39,405 bases of DNA from Craspedostauros australis (Eukaryota). The stretch spans positions 1 through 39,405 of the forward strand of contig JALAGF010000596.1 of the NCBI GenBank assembly GCA_030167865.1, given 5' to 3'. Shown here piece after piece: positions 23,884-33,811 of the stretch. The stretch's first letter is position 1; every line of letters starts with the position of its first letter. The notes beneath the pieces were generated by a model, which was not told the origin of the DNA, searched no databases, and saw only the letters and a program-made list of their open reading frames with translations. The position numbers and the translations under genes were made by a program.

Positions 23884-26463
23884 ATGGTGGGATGGGAGAA
23901 CAACGACGATCCGTGGGGAGACGACCCGGATTGGTTGGACGAAGACGACGAGGATGATCTGCGGCAAGGGAGCGACGGCAGAAGCGAGACTGCTCTGGCC
24001 GCGGCTGCCGGTGCTGCAATTGGAGCTCAGCATGTCGTGCTTCTCATCGATTGCCAGCAGAGTATGTTTGAAGAGATCCAAGCGGAGCAGGCAGACAGCA
24101 GCAAGGCACCCGACACGACGTACTTTCACCACTCCACGGACAACGACAAGGATATGCCTGCAAACAAGACTACTCGTACCAATAGTACTCGTACCAATAG
24201 TACTCGTACCAATAGTACTCAGACCAATAGTACTCGTACCAATAGTACTCAGACCACCACGGCCATGGAGTTGGCATTGAAGATGGCGGACTCCATGCTG
24301 CGCACGAAGATCCGCACGACCGTCACGCTCAAGCAGAACAAGCGAGATGGAATCGCCATCGTCCTCTTCAACACGAAGGTGCGCAAGCCCCAGGCCCCGC
24401 ACGAGCAGGAAGAGAAGGACACGGACAGCGATTCCGACGACGACGAACGGATCCTCGCGAAGGATGGATCGACGGTGCATGTCCTGCGGCCTTTGGAACC
24501 GCCCGGCATCCATTCGGTCAACCTCATGCGCGACTTCTTGGAGGATGATCCCGTCTTTGGACGCAATCGGGACATCAAGAAGGAGTACTGCGACCCTGCA
24601 AAGCCCGATGGCACTGACTGGAGGGGCGTGCCTTCCCTTCAGACCGCCTTGCAAGAGAGCCTCCTCCTCTTCGGCAAGGCGAAGTGCGTCAAGACCGCGG
24701 GAGGCAGGAGCCAAACTGACGCCAAGGACACGAAGGATATGAAATCGATCTGGATCATCACCAATTCCCCAACGCCGAACGGGAACTCCGCAAACATTGG
24801 CCAGATCAACAACGTGGCCAATGACGTGCAAGAGCACGGGGTCGAAATGTTGGTGTGGCCGCTGGCACGAGGCAAGGCCGACACGGATACCAGCTTCGAC
24901 TATCGTCAGTACTACGATGGCATAGCGGCCCTCAGGCCTTTCCAACAAATCTTTCCGCAGCGGTTGCGATCCATGATGGATGTGGAAGAGAAGCTGAAGG
25001 ACCTGGCGATGGTGTGGAAGCGACCGCGCAGAACGTACTGGTGTCCGATGCTCCTGCCGGACCACAAATCAAGACCGAAGGATGAAGCCAACATCATGAT
25101 CGATTGGTACACCACGATCCAGATGCAGAAGAAGCCTCCCCCCGTCAAGATCGACCGCGAGACGAAACGCCCAACGGAGCGCGTCACGCAGTTCGTGGAT
25201 GGCGACGGAAACATCTTCGCCACGTTCAAGAAGGCATCCTCGGTGGAAGAGCGAGCGCGACCCCAGCCGGGGCTGCGCCGTCTACGGCAGTTCGGTCAGC
25301 TTGGCGACGATACCGTCGCGTTCCCTCCGAGCGATCTGGAAACGATCAAGAATTCATGCAGGGCCACGCCCGAGTTTTCCAGCCTGGTTTTGCTAGGTTT
25401 CAAGGACGCGGATTCGATTCCATTCCATCACGGGACGGGCGTCGCATACTTCGTTGTTCCGAGCGATGACACTGTGGCGGGGAGCATACAGGCGTTCGCA
25501 CGACTGCATTCCTCCATGCTGCGCAAGAACGTCGTTGCGATCGGGGAAGTCCTGCATCGCACCACCCTCCAATCGCGGTTGTGCGCGTTGTTCCCGCTGC
25601 GAGAGATCGAGGAGGAAACGAAGACCATGGATGGCGGGCCTGCCAAGACTGCGCGGGTGAGGCCGCCTGGCATGCTGGCCATCCACCTGCCCTTTGAGGA
25701 TTGGATGCGCGATGTCGAGATGGACGGTGCCATGAAGGAAATTGTGGCAAGGCTGAACCAGCACTCTCTCATCAGCGATTCCATGCCGGTGGCAACGCAA
25801 AGCAGCAACCTCGACATCGTCCACCCGAGCCTCATCACAAGCCAACAGCAGCAAAGCGTATTCGCATCGATGCCAATCGCGGGAAACTACGATGACGATG
25901 GCCTTAAGGGATACGTCGCAACAGAGGCTGCCGTGGAAGCCGCCATGGGACTCATCGCAAAGCAGGATCTGAACCACCGTCGCATCGGAGATGACTTTGA
26001 AAATGCCGGTCTCACAGAGTTTTACAGCTACTTGGAGAGCGTCGCTTTGGAAATGCAGCTGGACGAAGATGAAGGCGACGGTGATGGCGATGGTGCGGGA
26101 GATTCGAAATTCCAACGATTCGACACTCGGATTCCAGATGCTGTCATCCGCAATGCAACATCCAGAGAAGCTCAGGAGCTCCTTTCGTTGCTGCCGCAGG
26201 ACGTCGCCCGCAAGCCGGCCAAACCAAAACGGAAGGTTGTGGAGGACAGGTCGGGGATCAATTGGTACGAGGCTGTTGAGAATGATGAACTCGATACATT
26301 CACATCGAAGGAACTGCAGCAGTATCTGCGATCCGTCGGCGAGAAGGTCTCTGGTAAGAAGAGCGATCTCATTGATCGTGTGGCTGAATCCGTCAAGAAA
26401 ATCAGAAACAGCAGCAGCACGAAGAAGTCCAAGACCGTCAAAAGGGAAATCGATGCCACGTGA
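23884..26463 (+). CDS. KU70: Ku70 (XRCC6) NHEJ DNA-end-binding subunit, about 859 aa
   Basis: vWA segments (HVVLLIDCQQSMF, DGIAIVLFNT, IWIITN), Ku core (LVLLGFK, GSIQAFARLHSSML, PPGMLAIHLPFED, FEN) and a C-terminal SAP domain (FTSKELQQYLRSVGEKVSGKKSDLIDRV). Start placed at ATG 23884. Confidence 0.92.
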   Translation: MVGWENNDDPWGDDPDWLDEDDEDDLRQGSDGRSETALAAAAGAAIGAQHVVLLIDCQQSMFEEIQAEQADSSKAPDTTYFHHSTDNDKDMPANKTTRTNSTRTNSTRTNSTQTNSTRTNSTQTTTAMELALKMADSMLRTKIRTTVTLKQNKRDGIAIVLFNTKVRKPQAPHEQEEKDTDSDSDDDERILAKDGSTVHVLRPLEPPGIHSVNLMRDFLEDDPVFGRNRDIKKEYCDPAKPDGTDWRGVPSLQTALQESLLLFGKAKCVKTAGGRSQTDAKDTKDMKSIWIITNSPTPNGNSANIGQINNVANDVQEHGVEMLVWPLARGKADTDTSFDYRQYYDGIAALRPFQQIFPQRLRSMMDVEEKLKDLAMVWKRPRRTYWCPMLLPDHKSRPKDEANIMIDWYTTIQMQKKPPPVKIDRETKRPTERVTQFVDGDGNIFATFKKASSVEERARPQPGLRRLRQFGQLGDDTVAFPPSDLETIKNSCRATPEFSSLVLLGFKDADSIPFHHGTGVAYFVVPSDDTVAGSIQAFARLHSSMLRKNVVAIGEVLHRTTLQSRLCALFPLREIEEETKTMDGGPAKTARVRPPGMLAIHLPFEDWMRDVEMDGAMKEIVARLNQHSLISDSMPVATQSSNLDIVHPSLITSQQQQSVFASMPIAGNYDDDGLKGYVATEAAVEAAMGLIAKQDLNHRRIGDDFENAGLTEFYSYLESVALEMQLDEDEGDGDGDGAGDSKFQRFDTRIPDAVIRNATSREAQELLSLLPQDVARKPAKPKRKVVEDRSGINWYEAVENDELDTFTSKELQQYLRSVGEKVSGKKSDLIDRVAESVKKIRNSSSTKKSKTVKREIDAT
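24171..24256 (+). repeat. In-frame 15-bp minisatellite TACTC(GT/AG)ACCAATAG x5.7 inside Ku70
   Basis: Units start at 24171, 24186, 24201, 24216, 24231 and 24246; they encode TRTNS/TQTNS. Confidence 0.95.
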
Positions 26464-26572
26464 TCATGGTACGCATACATTATAATGCCTATTTTATGTT
26501 GAGTCATACCAAATAGAGCAAGCAAATAGAGTAAATGTAGCAAACCAAAGTGCGATTGTGCTGTATGCTTTG

Positions 26573-28301
26573 TTACATCGGCTGGTAGCAACGAGGGCAC
26601 GCCAACACCCTTTGCTTCGAACCTTCCTTGCTCTCCTTCGCACCGCTGTGCGCATGCGAGTGTTCAGGTTGATGTTCATTTGTATAATTCCAATGGCAAA
26701 CGTAACAGAATACGTGGCCGCACGATGCCGTTACGGGCATGGTAACATCCGTGGAATTACAAACGGGACAGCTGTGACGCAGTGGTGTTCACCCAATGGA
26801 TGTTGCGTATGGTACGGTAGAAAGGAAGGCGTCGATATTGCATAAGGCAAGACCGGCAGAGGGTAGAGAAGAATATGTGAGAAGAGCAGAATGGAATGGA
26901 GTACTCTCAACCGTGCCAATGCTCTCGAAGAGAGTGCGCACAACACTGCACTTGCGACGAGGAACTGCGTCGCCAGTATCCATGGCTACGTACCCGTCCT
27001 TGCTCTTGTCGCTTCGTTTGCTGCCAGTGTTGCCAGCATCACCACCCGACGAGCCCCACCCATCTGTCTGCGATCGAAACAGTCGCATCAGAATTGCATG
27101 ACCCGGTTCTACGATGTACCTGTTGGATATGAATGTGGTTTATGGGCGGTGCGGGCCAAGGAGAGAAACAAGTATCAAAGGCAAAGGATTGCGGTTCAGA
27201 GGAAACGGAGTAGAATATCGTCAAGGAGGTGAGAACGGGGTGTCCAAGGTGGATCATCTCATTAGTGAACATCCGCTTGACGACATGGCCAAACATAAAG
27301 CAACATGCCATACCTACAACCCTATGCCATGCCGTTTCATGCCATGCCATACAATCGTACCTTGTTTGTGCATCGCAGATCATGTCCTTCACTTCTCGCG
27401 ACGAATTCAACAGGGGGAGCAGAACGAGAGGGAACAGACGGAACAATTCCTCCTGCAGCCACCTGCGATGCGCGGAGTTCACATTCAACGGTCTGTGAGA
27501 TTGTGCATGGTCGATGCCATGGTTGTTTGCGTTCGTGCATTCGTATCGCAACCCCGCCATTGTTAGGGCAAGGTTTGGTGTGACCGAGGCCATCAAGCGG
27601 CGCAACCTATTCACAAGAGTGGCAGGGTTCCGCTGTTTCTGCGTTTGAAGAGGGCCTGATGTGTTCGTACGAGTCCTCGTGTGCCCAAGTGCCCAGGATG
27701 CAGACGACCAGAACGACAGAAGCAGTCCGAGCCGCACCATGGGAATGACCGTGTCAATGATCTGGATGAATCGGCGGATCACGAGCTGCTGTCGTTGTTC
27801 GGATGCGTCTTTCATGTCCGAGGCTTGGCCATTCTGTCGAAGCAACCGCTGTCGCCGTCGCCGCTGTTGTTGCTGCTGACGGCATGCTTGGTTGCGCTTG
27901 AGCCATGCCGTCCTGAGGAAGGAGTACAGCTCTGGGATGACGAGGGAGATGACTGCATATGCGCACAACCGCGTGCGGAATGACAGCGATTGGCTTGGTG
28001 CTGCATTGCCGGGCATAGCGGGTCGCTCATCCTGAAGCTGCAGACCCACAACGTGCTGGGCTGGCGATCTGTGCCGAAAATACAGCAGCAGCCCCATCCG
28101 ACACATCATCGTCAGCAACGAGGAAGGGAATGGGAGACTCAGTCCGTACTTCTCGCTGAATCGGCGCATCACATCATCCAGTCCGACCATGCTCTGCAGG
28201 CGCTGATCCAGCGCGGCCACATCGAGTATCCTGGAGGCAACGCCGAGTCCGGCATCCTGCTTGGCGTTTGCGGGTTCATCGTTCCGCTGGCTCTGATCCA
28301 T
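26573..28301 (-). CDS. PEX2: Peroxin PEX2 RING E3 ligase; exons 28301-27361, 27119-26994, 26771-26573, about 421 aa
   Basis: Pex2/12 domain motifs (SRILDVAALDQRL, LALTMAGLRY, RPLNVNSAHRRWL..LLPLLN). Two phase-2 GT-AG introns splice in a C3HC4 RING: CPVC...CGHVFCYVC...CPRCYQPM-stop. Confidence 0.88.
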
Positions 28302-29377
28302 TCTTTCTACGTGCAGACGTCGACACGAGACATCGAATGAACCTGTGAGGCATTGCGTCGCTGCGCTCCCGAACGAGTAGTCGTACGATGACGATGACGG
28401 TGACGAGTATGGATGGTGTGGGGAGAGCGAATCGCCGGATGGTTCCACGATCGTGTTTGTGGCAATGGACTCTTCATGATGATGCGCGAGGTTGGAACAA
28501 GTCGAGGAGTCGTGTGCGGTGCGTGAATGAACAAGGGAACGGGAGACGTACAGTCGTAATATTTGCCGTACGATTGTCGATTTTCCCATCTGTTTCTTGA
28601 CACTTCCGCGCCAACACCATGACAACAACTTTCCCATCTCACACCGACAATGGTACTCAAAGGCTCGCGCCGTTCGCAAGGAACGGGAATGTCACGGCCG
28701 TTTGATGAACGACGAAAGTGTCGTTGATTATCCCGCCAGAGACGATCAACAGCAGACATATCTGAACCGGTTTACCCACATACGTACGAGTCGCGAGTGA
28801 AGCATGGTGCGAGCGTGTCTCTCACTCGCTTGTGTGGTCCTTGAAGCTGGGTGCCTCTTCACTTGTCGCCCTTGGGGAGGGCCGTTCCATACTCAGACTT
28901 GTTCTTTGATGGACATCTTGCGACAGGCATGTTCGTGCCACGGAACCGTCATCACATTTTGGGTGGGAAGACCATGAGTGATTTGCGAGCGGTGGCGTGA
29001 CGGCGCGAAATACTCGTCCCAACTTCTGCCAATCTCGTGACAGAAGACGGAGACCTGCCTTTCCTACGCGCGTCCTGCGGCGTTTCCCCTTGCCAACCGC
29101 ACCATGTGCAACGCTCGTGCCATGGCATGCATGCCGGCACCATGTGGATACACGCCTTCGAGCGCAACGACCACCACTACGCATCAGACAGACTCTGCGC
29201 TATCGAGGGCCACTCCTCGCTGCGCGGTTGTTCGGCTGCTGCGCATCTCGCGACGAGGCAAGAGCAAGGTCGCATCTCCAAACATCAGAGGTCATAACAT
29301 TGACAACCCGCAGGTAACCAAGAGCAGCCAGCCTCTCACTCCACAACGCATCGTTCCGACGCGCACCAAACCTCATC

Positions 29378-32300
29378 ATGGATCTGCAACGGAAGCATTC
29401 CCAAACCAACAGTCTCTCATCTGCGAGAGAGCAGAACACCAACGACCTCCCGTCCACGCTGTTCACGTCTCCTTCCGAAAGCGGCGACAGAAACGGCAAC
29501 GGCGCTCATGGAGCCGATCAATCCGGTTTTCCGAACGCTGTCGCTCCGTGGAGACAGACCTCCTGCTTCCTTGGCAGAGAGTCAGAGCTCGAGCAGCTCA
29601 AAGCTCTGAAGGACAAGATCATCGGAGAACACCAGAGCAATGCTGCTAGTGCTCCTCATCCACAGGAGCCATCAACTGATGAAGCAAACGACAACGTCAA
29701 GACCAAACCAACATCAACATCAGCACCAAAAACAACCAAGGAAATCGATGTGCATCCAGCCGTGCTGGTCTGGGGCCTCAGCGGCACAGGAAAATCGGCT
29801 CTCATCGATCACTTCCTGGAGACGTGCTGCGTTTGCAACACCACGCATCAGCAGCAAAATACGACCGAACAAGTAGATGCAGCACCATCTTGCTCTTGCT
29901 GCTTCGTCGTGCGCGGAAAGTACGACGAGTACACAGGCCAGAGCGACCCATTCTCTGCCATCGTTCAGGCCATCCAAGACTTCGTCGCTCAGCTCAAGTG
30001 CGGTCCCAAGGCAGAGCTTGACCGCATCCGGGAATGCGTGCGAGCAGCCTTCCCCACGGATGGTTTCCAACCATTGATCAAGGTGATACCATCCCTCTCG
30101 ATCCTATCCCCCAAGCTGATCCGAGAGGATGCTTCTGTCGGGAGCCACTCCATCAGCCACCGTGATAATTGCAGCTCGAGCATGCATGACAGCGAAGCCA
30201 ATGGCGACACCTCTTCTTTGCCAACATCGAATGCAGTCCAAACGGACAAAACCTGGAACCAGCTGCAGTACATCTTCGCGAAGTTCATCAAGGCAATCTC
30301 GACGAAGGAACGGCCCATCTACATGTTCCTTGACGATCTGCAATGGTCCGCCAGCGTCGGTCTGGACCTCATCGCCCACATGGTGGCTGACACGCAATTG
30401 CACAACTTCATGTTGCTGGGCGCGATCCGCCAAGACGTCAACCCACACAGCGACGAACCGCTCAATCTCACCCCTGACCACCCTCTGGCGCGCTGTCTCT
30501 TGAAGCCTTTGTCGCCAGACGAGGATGAAGAAGACAATCAAGGTACAGCAGCAGGTACTGGCATTGACGACGAATCAGCCATGACTGCGTCCACATCAAA
30601 GTCCAACACCAACAAGCGCCGTCATCCACGCAAGCTTCATCAGATTTCGATCGCCAACCTCAAGCTCGCTGAGATGATCGCATGGCTCTCGGGAATGCTG
30701 GAATGCGACGGCATTGACATCCTATCCGAAAAGCTCCATGCCAAGACAAACGGCAACATCTTCTTCACTCTGCAAGCACTTGAAGAGCTGGAGAGGAAGA
30801 ATGTCCTCGTCTTCAGCCCCGTCTCCCACCAATGGGAATGGAGCCTTGCGAAGCCAGGGGATGAAGACCGAAACAATGGCAGCAGCTCCCAACTTCCCAT
30901 CAGCGACAGTATCATCGGCATCATCGAATCCAAGTTGCGAGAGCTTCCCGAGAAACTGCAACGAGTGCTGTCCGTCGCGGCCTACATCCGATCGATGTTC
31001 GACATCTCGGTGCTGCTCCGGGTGCTCGAGAACGAGTGCAAACACGTGGACGGTGCTGTCGACACCATGGACGGCATCTCAACCGCACAGGAGCTCTCCA
31101 AGATGTTGGAGCATGCCGTTCTGGAGCGTCTCATCTCCAACCCCATCGGGGGTACTACGTATCACTTCGCGCACGACCGCATCCAGCAGGCGGCGTATGG
31201 CATGATCCCATTCGGTGAGGCCCGTGACAAGCTCCGCGTGCGGATCGGCAGCTGCTTGCTGCACTTGTACCGACGCATGCAGGTTCATCTTCAACAAGAA
31301 GAAGAGAATGGTGGTGTCGGTCCTTCCAGCACTCGTCATCGCAAGAACAGGAAGAAGGCTCTCCTGCGAGGCAAGGCCACGCAGTCATCGCAATCTACGG
31401 ATTCTTCAACATCAGCCGAAACATCCAGCTCCTCCTCTTCTTCCATTTCGGACGTGGACGACGGCCTCCTATTCGTAGCCGCAGACCACTTGAACAGCGT
31501 GCAGACCAAGGACCATATGTTCTCTGTCACCATGAACCTGGAGGTCGGCGAGAAGGCCTTGAAGATGGCGGCCCTGCAGGCAGCATCATCGTACCTGAAA
31601 AAGGCTCACCAGGCGCTGGGTCGTGTGAGAAGCAACATGCCTACCACGAACGATGAACCCATCCAAAGCCGCCCAACTGACAGTTCATCAATCTGGGACA
31701 ACGACAAGCACTACGAGGTGTGCTTGAAGCTCTGCCGTGCGCGCGCCGACGTCGAGTTGTCCCTCAGCAACTTCGACGTCGGCTACAAGCTATGCAATGA
31801 AGTGCTCGAGAAAGCCAGGTCGATGGACGACAAGGTAACGACGTACTTCTCCATGGCAAGGGCCCTGGGCAGAGAAGACCGCCACGCAGAGAGCGTGGAT
31901 GTGGAGCTGCGTCTGCTCTGGTCGCTGAAATCGTTTCCAAAGCGATGGTACTCATTCCACACCGCCACGTCCATGATGAAGATCAAGCGCTTCCTGAAGA
32001 ACAACACCAACGAAGAGATCCTCGCAAGGCCATGGATGAAGGACCCAAAGAAGCTCTGTGCGATGAAGATCTCCGTCGATCTCTTGAGCTCTGCTCAAAC
32101 CTCTGGAGACATGGTCCTGACGACGCTGAATCTTTCCAAGATGCTGTGCAGAAGCATCAAGCACGGCCTCTGCATCGAATCAGCCAATGCCCTTGCCATA
32201 TACGCCCGTGTGGTTGGAAGCATGGGAGATCAAGCAACCGCAACTCGTTGTGTAACTCTTGGTCACAACATCCTCGAGCAGGCAGGGGAGAAGCAGCTGC

Positions 32301-33499
32301 AAGGTCATTTTCGATACAATGTGGCGTTTTACATCATGCAGTACACCCTTCCGTACCACGAATTGCTGCGGCACTTCAGGAGAGGTTATCTTGATTCCAT
32401 GGAGGTAGGGGATTTCGGTATCGGCATCATCAATTATCAGGGCGCTATCCTCATGGGGTACCAGCGCGGACTGGAATTGGGCCCGCTCAACAAGGCGAAC
32501 GACATCGTCCTTGATCAGCTGGAAAGCTACAAGGTAGATGCATTCCGTGGCATGGCAGACACGATGCGTGTCTTGTTCAGGACACTGTCAGGGGAAGAAC
32601 CGATCGATTGGGAATTGCTCGACAAAGCATCCCGTCGTGATGTTACGAAGGAGACTTTGGATCCGTCCAAGCTTCTGGCCGATTGCATGTTCTTCATAAC
32701 TTCTGTAGAAGTGGCGCTCTACCACCGACGGTACGAGATCGGAGAAGGATTGCTCCGCAACTATATCTTCCTGACTGGTGAAGATCCGTCGGCGATCACA
32801 AGGTTTCTCCGCACATACAATGTGGGGATCTTTGCCGCATCAAACTACAGAGAAACAGGAAATCGCCATTGTCTGCCGAGACTACGAAAGGCTATCAAAC
32901 AGCTGAGGCACATCATCAAGACCAGAGGACGGATTTGGGCCCATCGAACACTCTTGTTGGAGGCAGAGCAGCTCTCGATCACAATGAAGAACAAGCTGCA
33001 CTCCGGAATCCAACACGCCTACAACATTGCGATCATCGCAGCAACCAAGGCCGGTTGCATCCAGGACGTTGCCCTCGCCAATGAGCTGGCTGGAGAGCAT
33101 TATGCCCGTCATGGCTGCAAAGCCATGGCCGGCAGCTACTTCGTGCATGCCGTCGACTACTACAAGGCGTGGGGTTGCAAGAGCAAGGTCACCGATATCA
33201 AGAAGCGGCACAAGAGATACATGAGGACCTCCAGTGACCCGACCCGTCAGCGCCCGGAAGGTCTCGCTGACGACGGCAACGGCAATTATCTTTTCGGGAT
33301 CACTCGGGACGTCTTCACTGGAGCCGTCACCAATAGATGTGCGGGTCTCGACGCTTTCGTCGATCGTAGCAACGGCAGTGCTGGTTGCGGGTCCGCCGGA
33401 AATGCGCTGGTGTTCGGATCAGAGGTTGGGGATGGTGGTGGGGTATTAGCGGGCCTTGCTGATGATGATGATGTGTCCGTGTTGACTGAGATCGAGTAG
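29378..33499 (+). CDS. STAND-class P-loop NTPase (AAA_16 / COG3899-like) with a helical TPR-like C-terminal region, 1373 aa, intronless
   Basis: FLGRESELEQL, Walker A GLSGTGKS, GKYDEY..PFSAI, Walker B MFLDDLQW, KTNGNIFF, YHFAHDRIQQAAY and ALANELAG...YYKAWGCKSKV. Confidence 0.88.
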   Translation: MDLQRKHSQTNSLSSAREQNTNDLPSTLFTSPSESGDRNGNGAHGADQSGFPNAVAPWRQTSCFLGRESELEQLKALKDKIIGEHQSNAASAPHPQEPSTDEANDNVKTKPTSTSAPKTTKEIDVHPAVLVWGLSGTGKSALIDHFLETCCVCNTTHQQQNTTEQVDAAPSCSCCFVVRGKYDEYTGQSDPFSAIVQAIQDFVAQLKCGPKAELDRIRECVRAAFPTDGFQPLIKVIPSLSILSPKLIREDASVGSHSISHRDNCSSSMHDSEANGDTSSLPTSNAVQTDKTWNQLQYIFAKFIKAISTKERPIYMFLDDLQWSASVGLDLIAHMVADTQLHNFMLLGAIRQDVNPHSDEPLNLTPDHPLARCLLKPLSPDEDEEDNQGTAAGTGIDDESAMTASTSKSNTNKRRHPRKLHQISIANLKLAEMIAWLSGMLECDGIDILSEKLHAKTNGNIFFTLQALEELERKNVLVFSPVSHQWEWSLAKPGDEDRNNGSSSQLPISDSIIGIIESKLRELPEKLQRVLSVAAYIRSMFDISVLLRVLENECKHVDGAVDTMDGISTAQELSKMLEHAVLERLISNPIGGTTYHFAHDRIQQAAYGMIPFGEARDKLRVRIGSCLLHLYRRMQVHLQQEEENGGVGPSSTRHRKNRKKALLRGKATQSSQSTDSSTSAETSSSSSSSISDVDDGLLFVAADHLNSVQTKDHMFSVTMNLEVGEKALKMAALQAASSYLKKAHQALGRVRSNMPTTNDEPIQSRPTDSSSIWDNDKHYEVCLKLCRARADVELSLSNFDVGYKLCNEVLEKARSMDDKVTTYFSMARALGREDRHAESVDVELRLLWSLKSFPKRWYSFHTATSMMKIKRFLKNNTNEEILARPWMKDPKKLCAMKISVDLLSSAQTSGDMVLTTLNLSKMLCRSIKHGLCIESANALAIYARVVGSMGDQATATRCVTLGHNILEQAGEKQLQGHFRYNVAFYIMQYTLPYHELLRHFRRGYLDSMEVGDFGIGIINYQGAILMGYQRGLELGPLNKANDIVLDQLESYKVDAFRGMADTMRVLFRTLSGEEPIDWELLDKASRRDVTKETLDPSKLLADCMFFITSVEVALYHRRYEIGEGLLRNYIFLTGEDPSAITRFLRTYNVGIFAASNYRETGNRHCLPRLRKAIKQLRHIIKTRGRIWAHRTLLLEAEQLSITMKNKLHSGIQHAYNIAIIAATKAGCIQDVALANELAGEHYARHGCKAMAGSYFVHAVDYYKAWGCKSKVTDIKKRHKRYMRTSSDPTRQRPEGLADDGNGNYLFGITRDVFTGAVTNRCAGLDAFVDRSNGSAGCGSAGNALVFGSEVGDGGGVLAGLADDDDVSVLTEIE

Positions 33500-33811
33500 G
33501 CCACATGCGGACCTTGGAGTACAGTGCGGTACGGCACAGTACGGGTGAGGGGCTTTGCACCTGTGGACGGGTCCTCTTGACCTCTAGCATCCGGTCACGC
33601 ACGGATTATAGTATGTTTAAAATTAGAATACCTGCGTATAACATCAAGACCGTGCTGATCCCATGTTCTATTTCGGTCGACAACATTGTTGAGGCTGATC
33701 AGTCCGCTTCTGTGGATAAGCACGGCTTTCATCCGACTGCCGCAAATGAATCAATCAAGATTGCGCGTACATGTCGTCCAACTAAACTGCAGTCGCGACA
33801 TCAGCACCACT

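Noticed and set aside
28302-28679. N-terminal ORF extensions of PEX2 (also 3738-4073 of the transporter and 23584-23883 of Ku70)
   Set aside because: They read as CA-rich UTR or promoter sequence with no family homology; downstream ATGs fit better.
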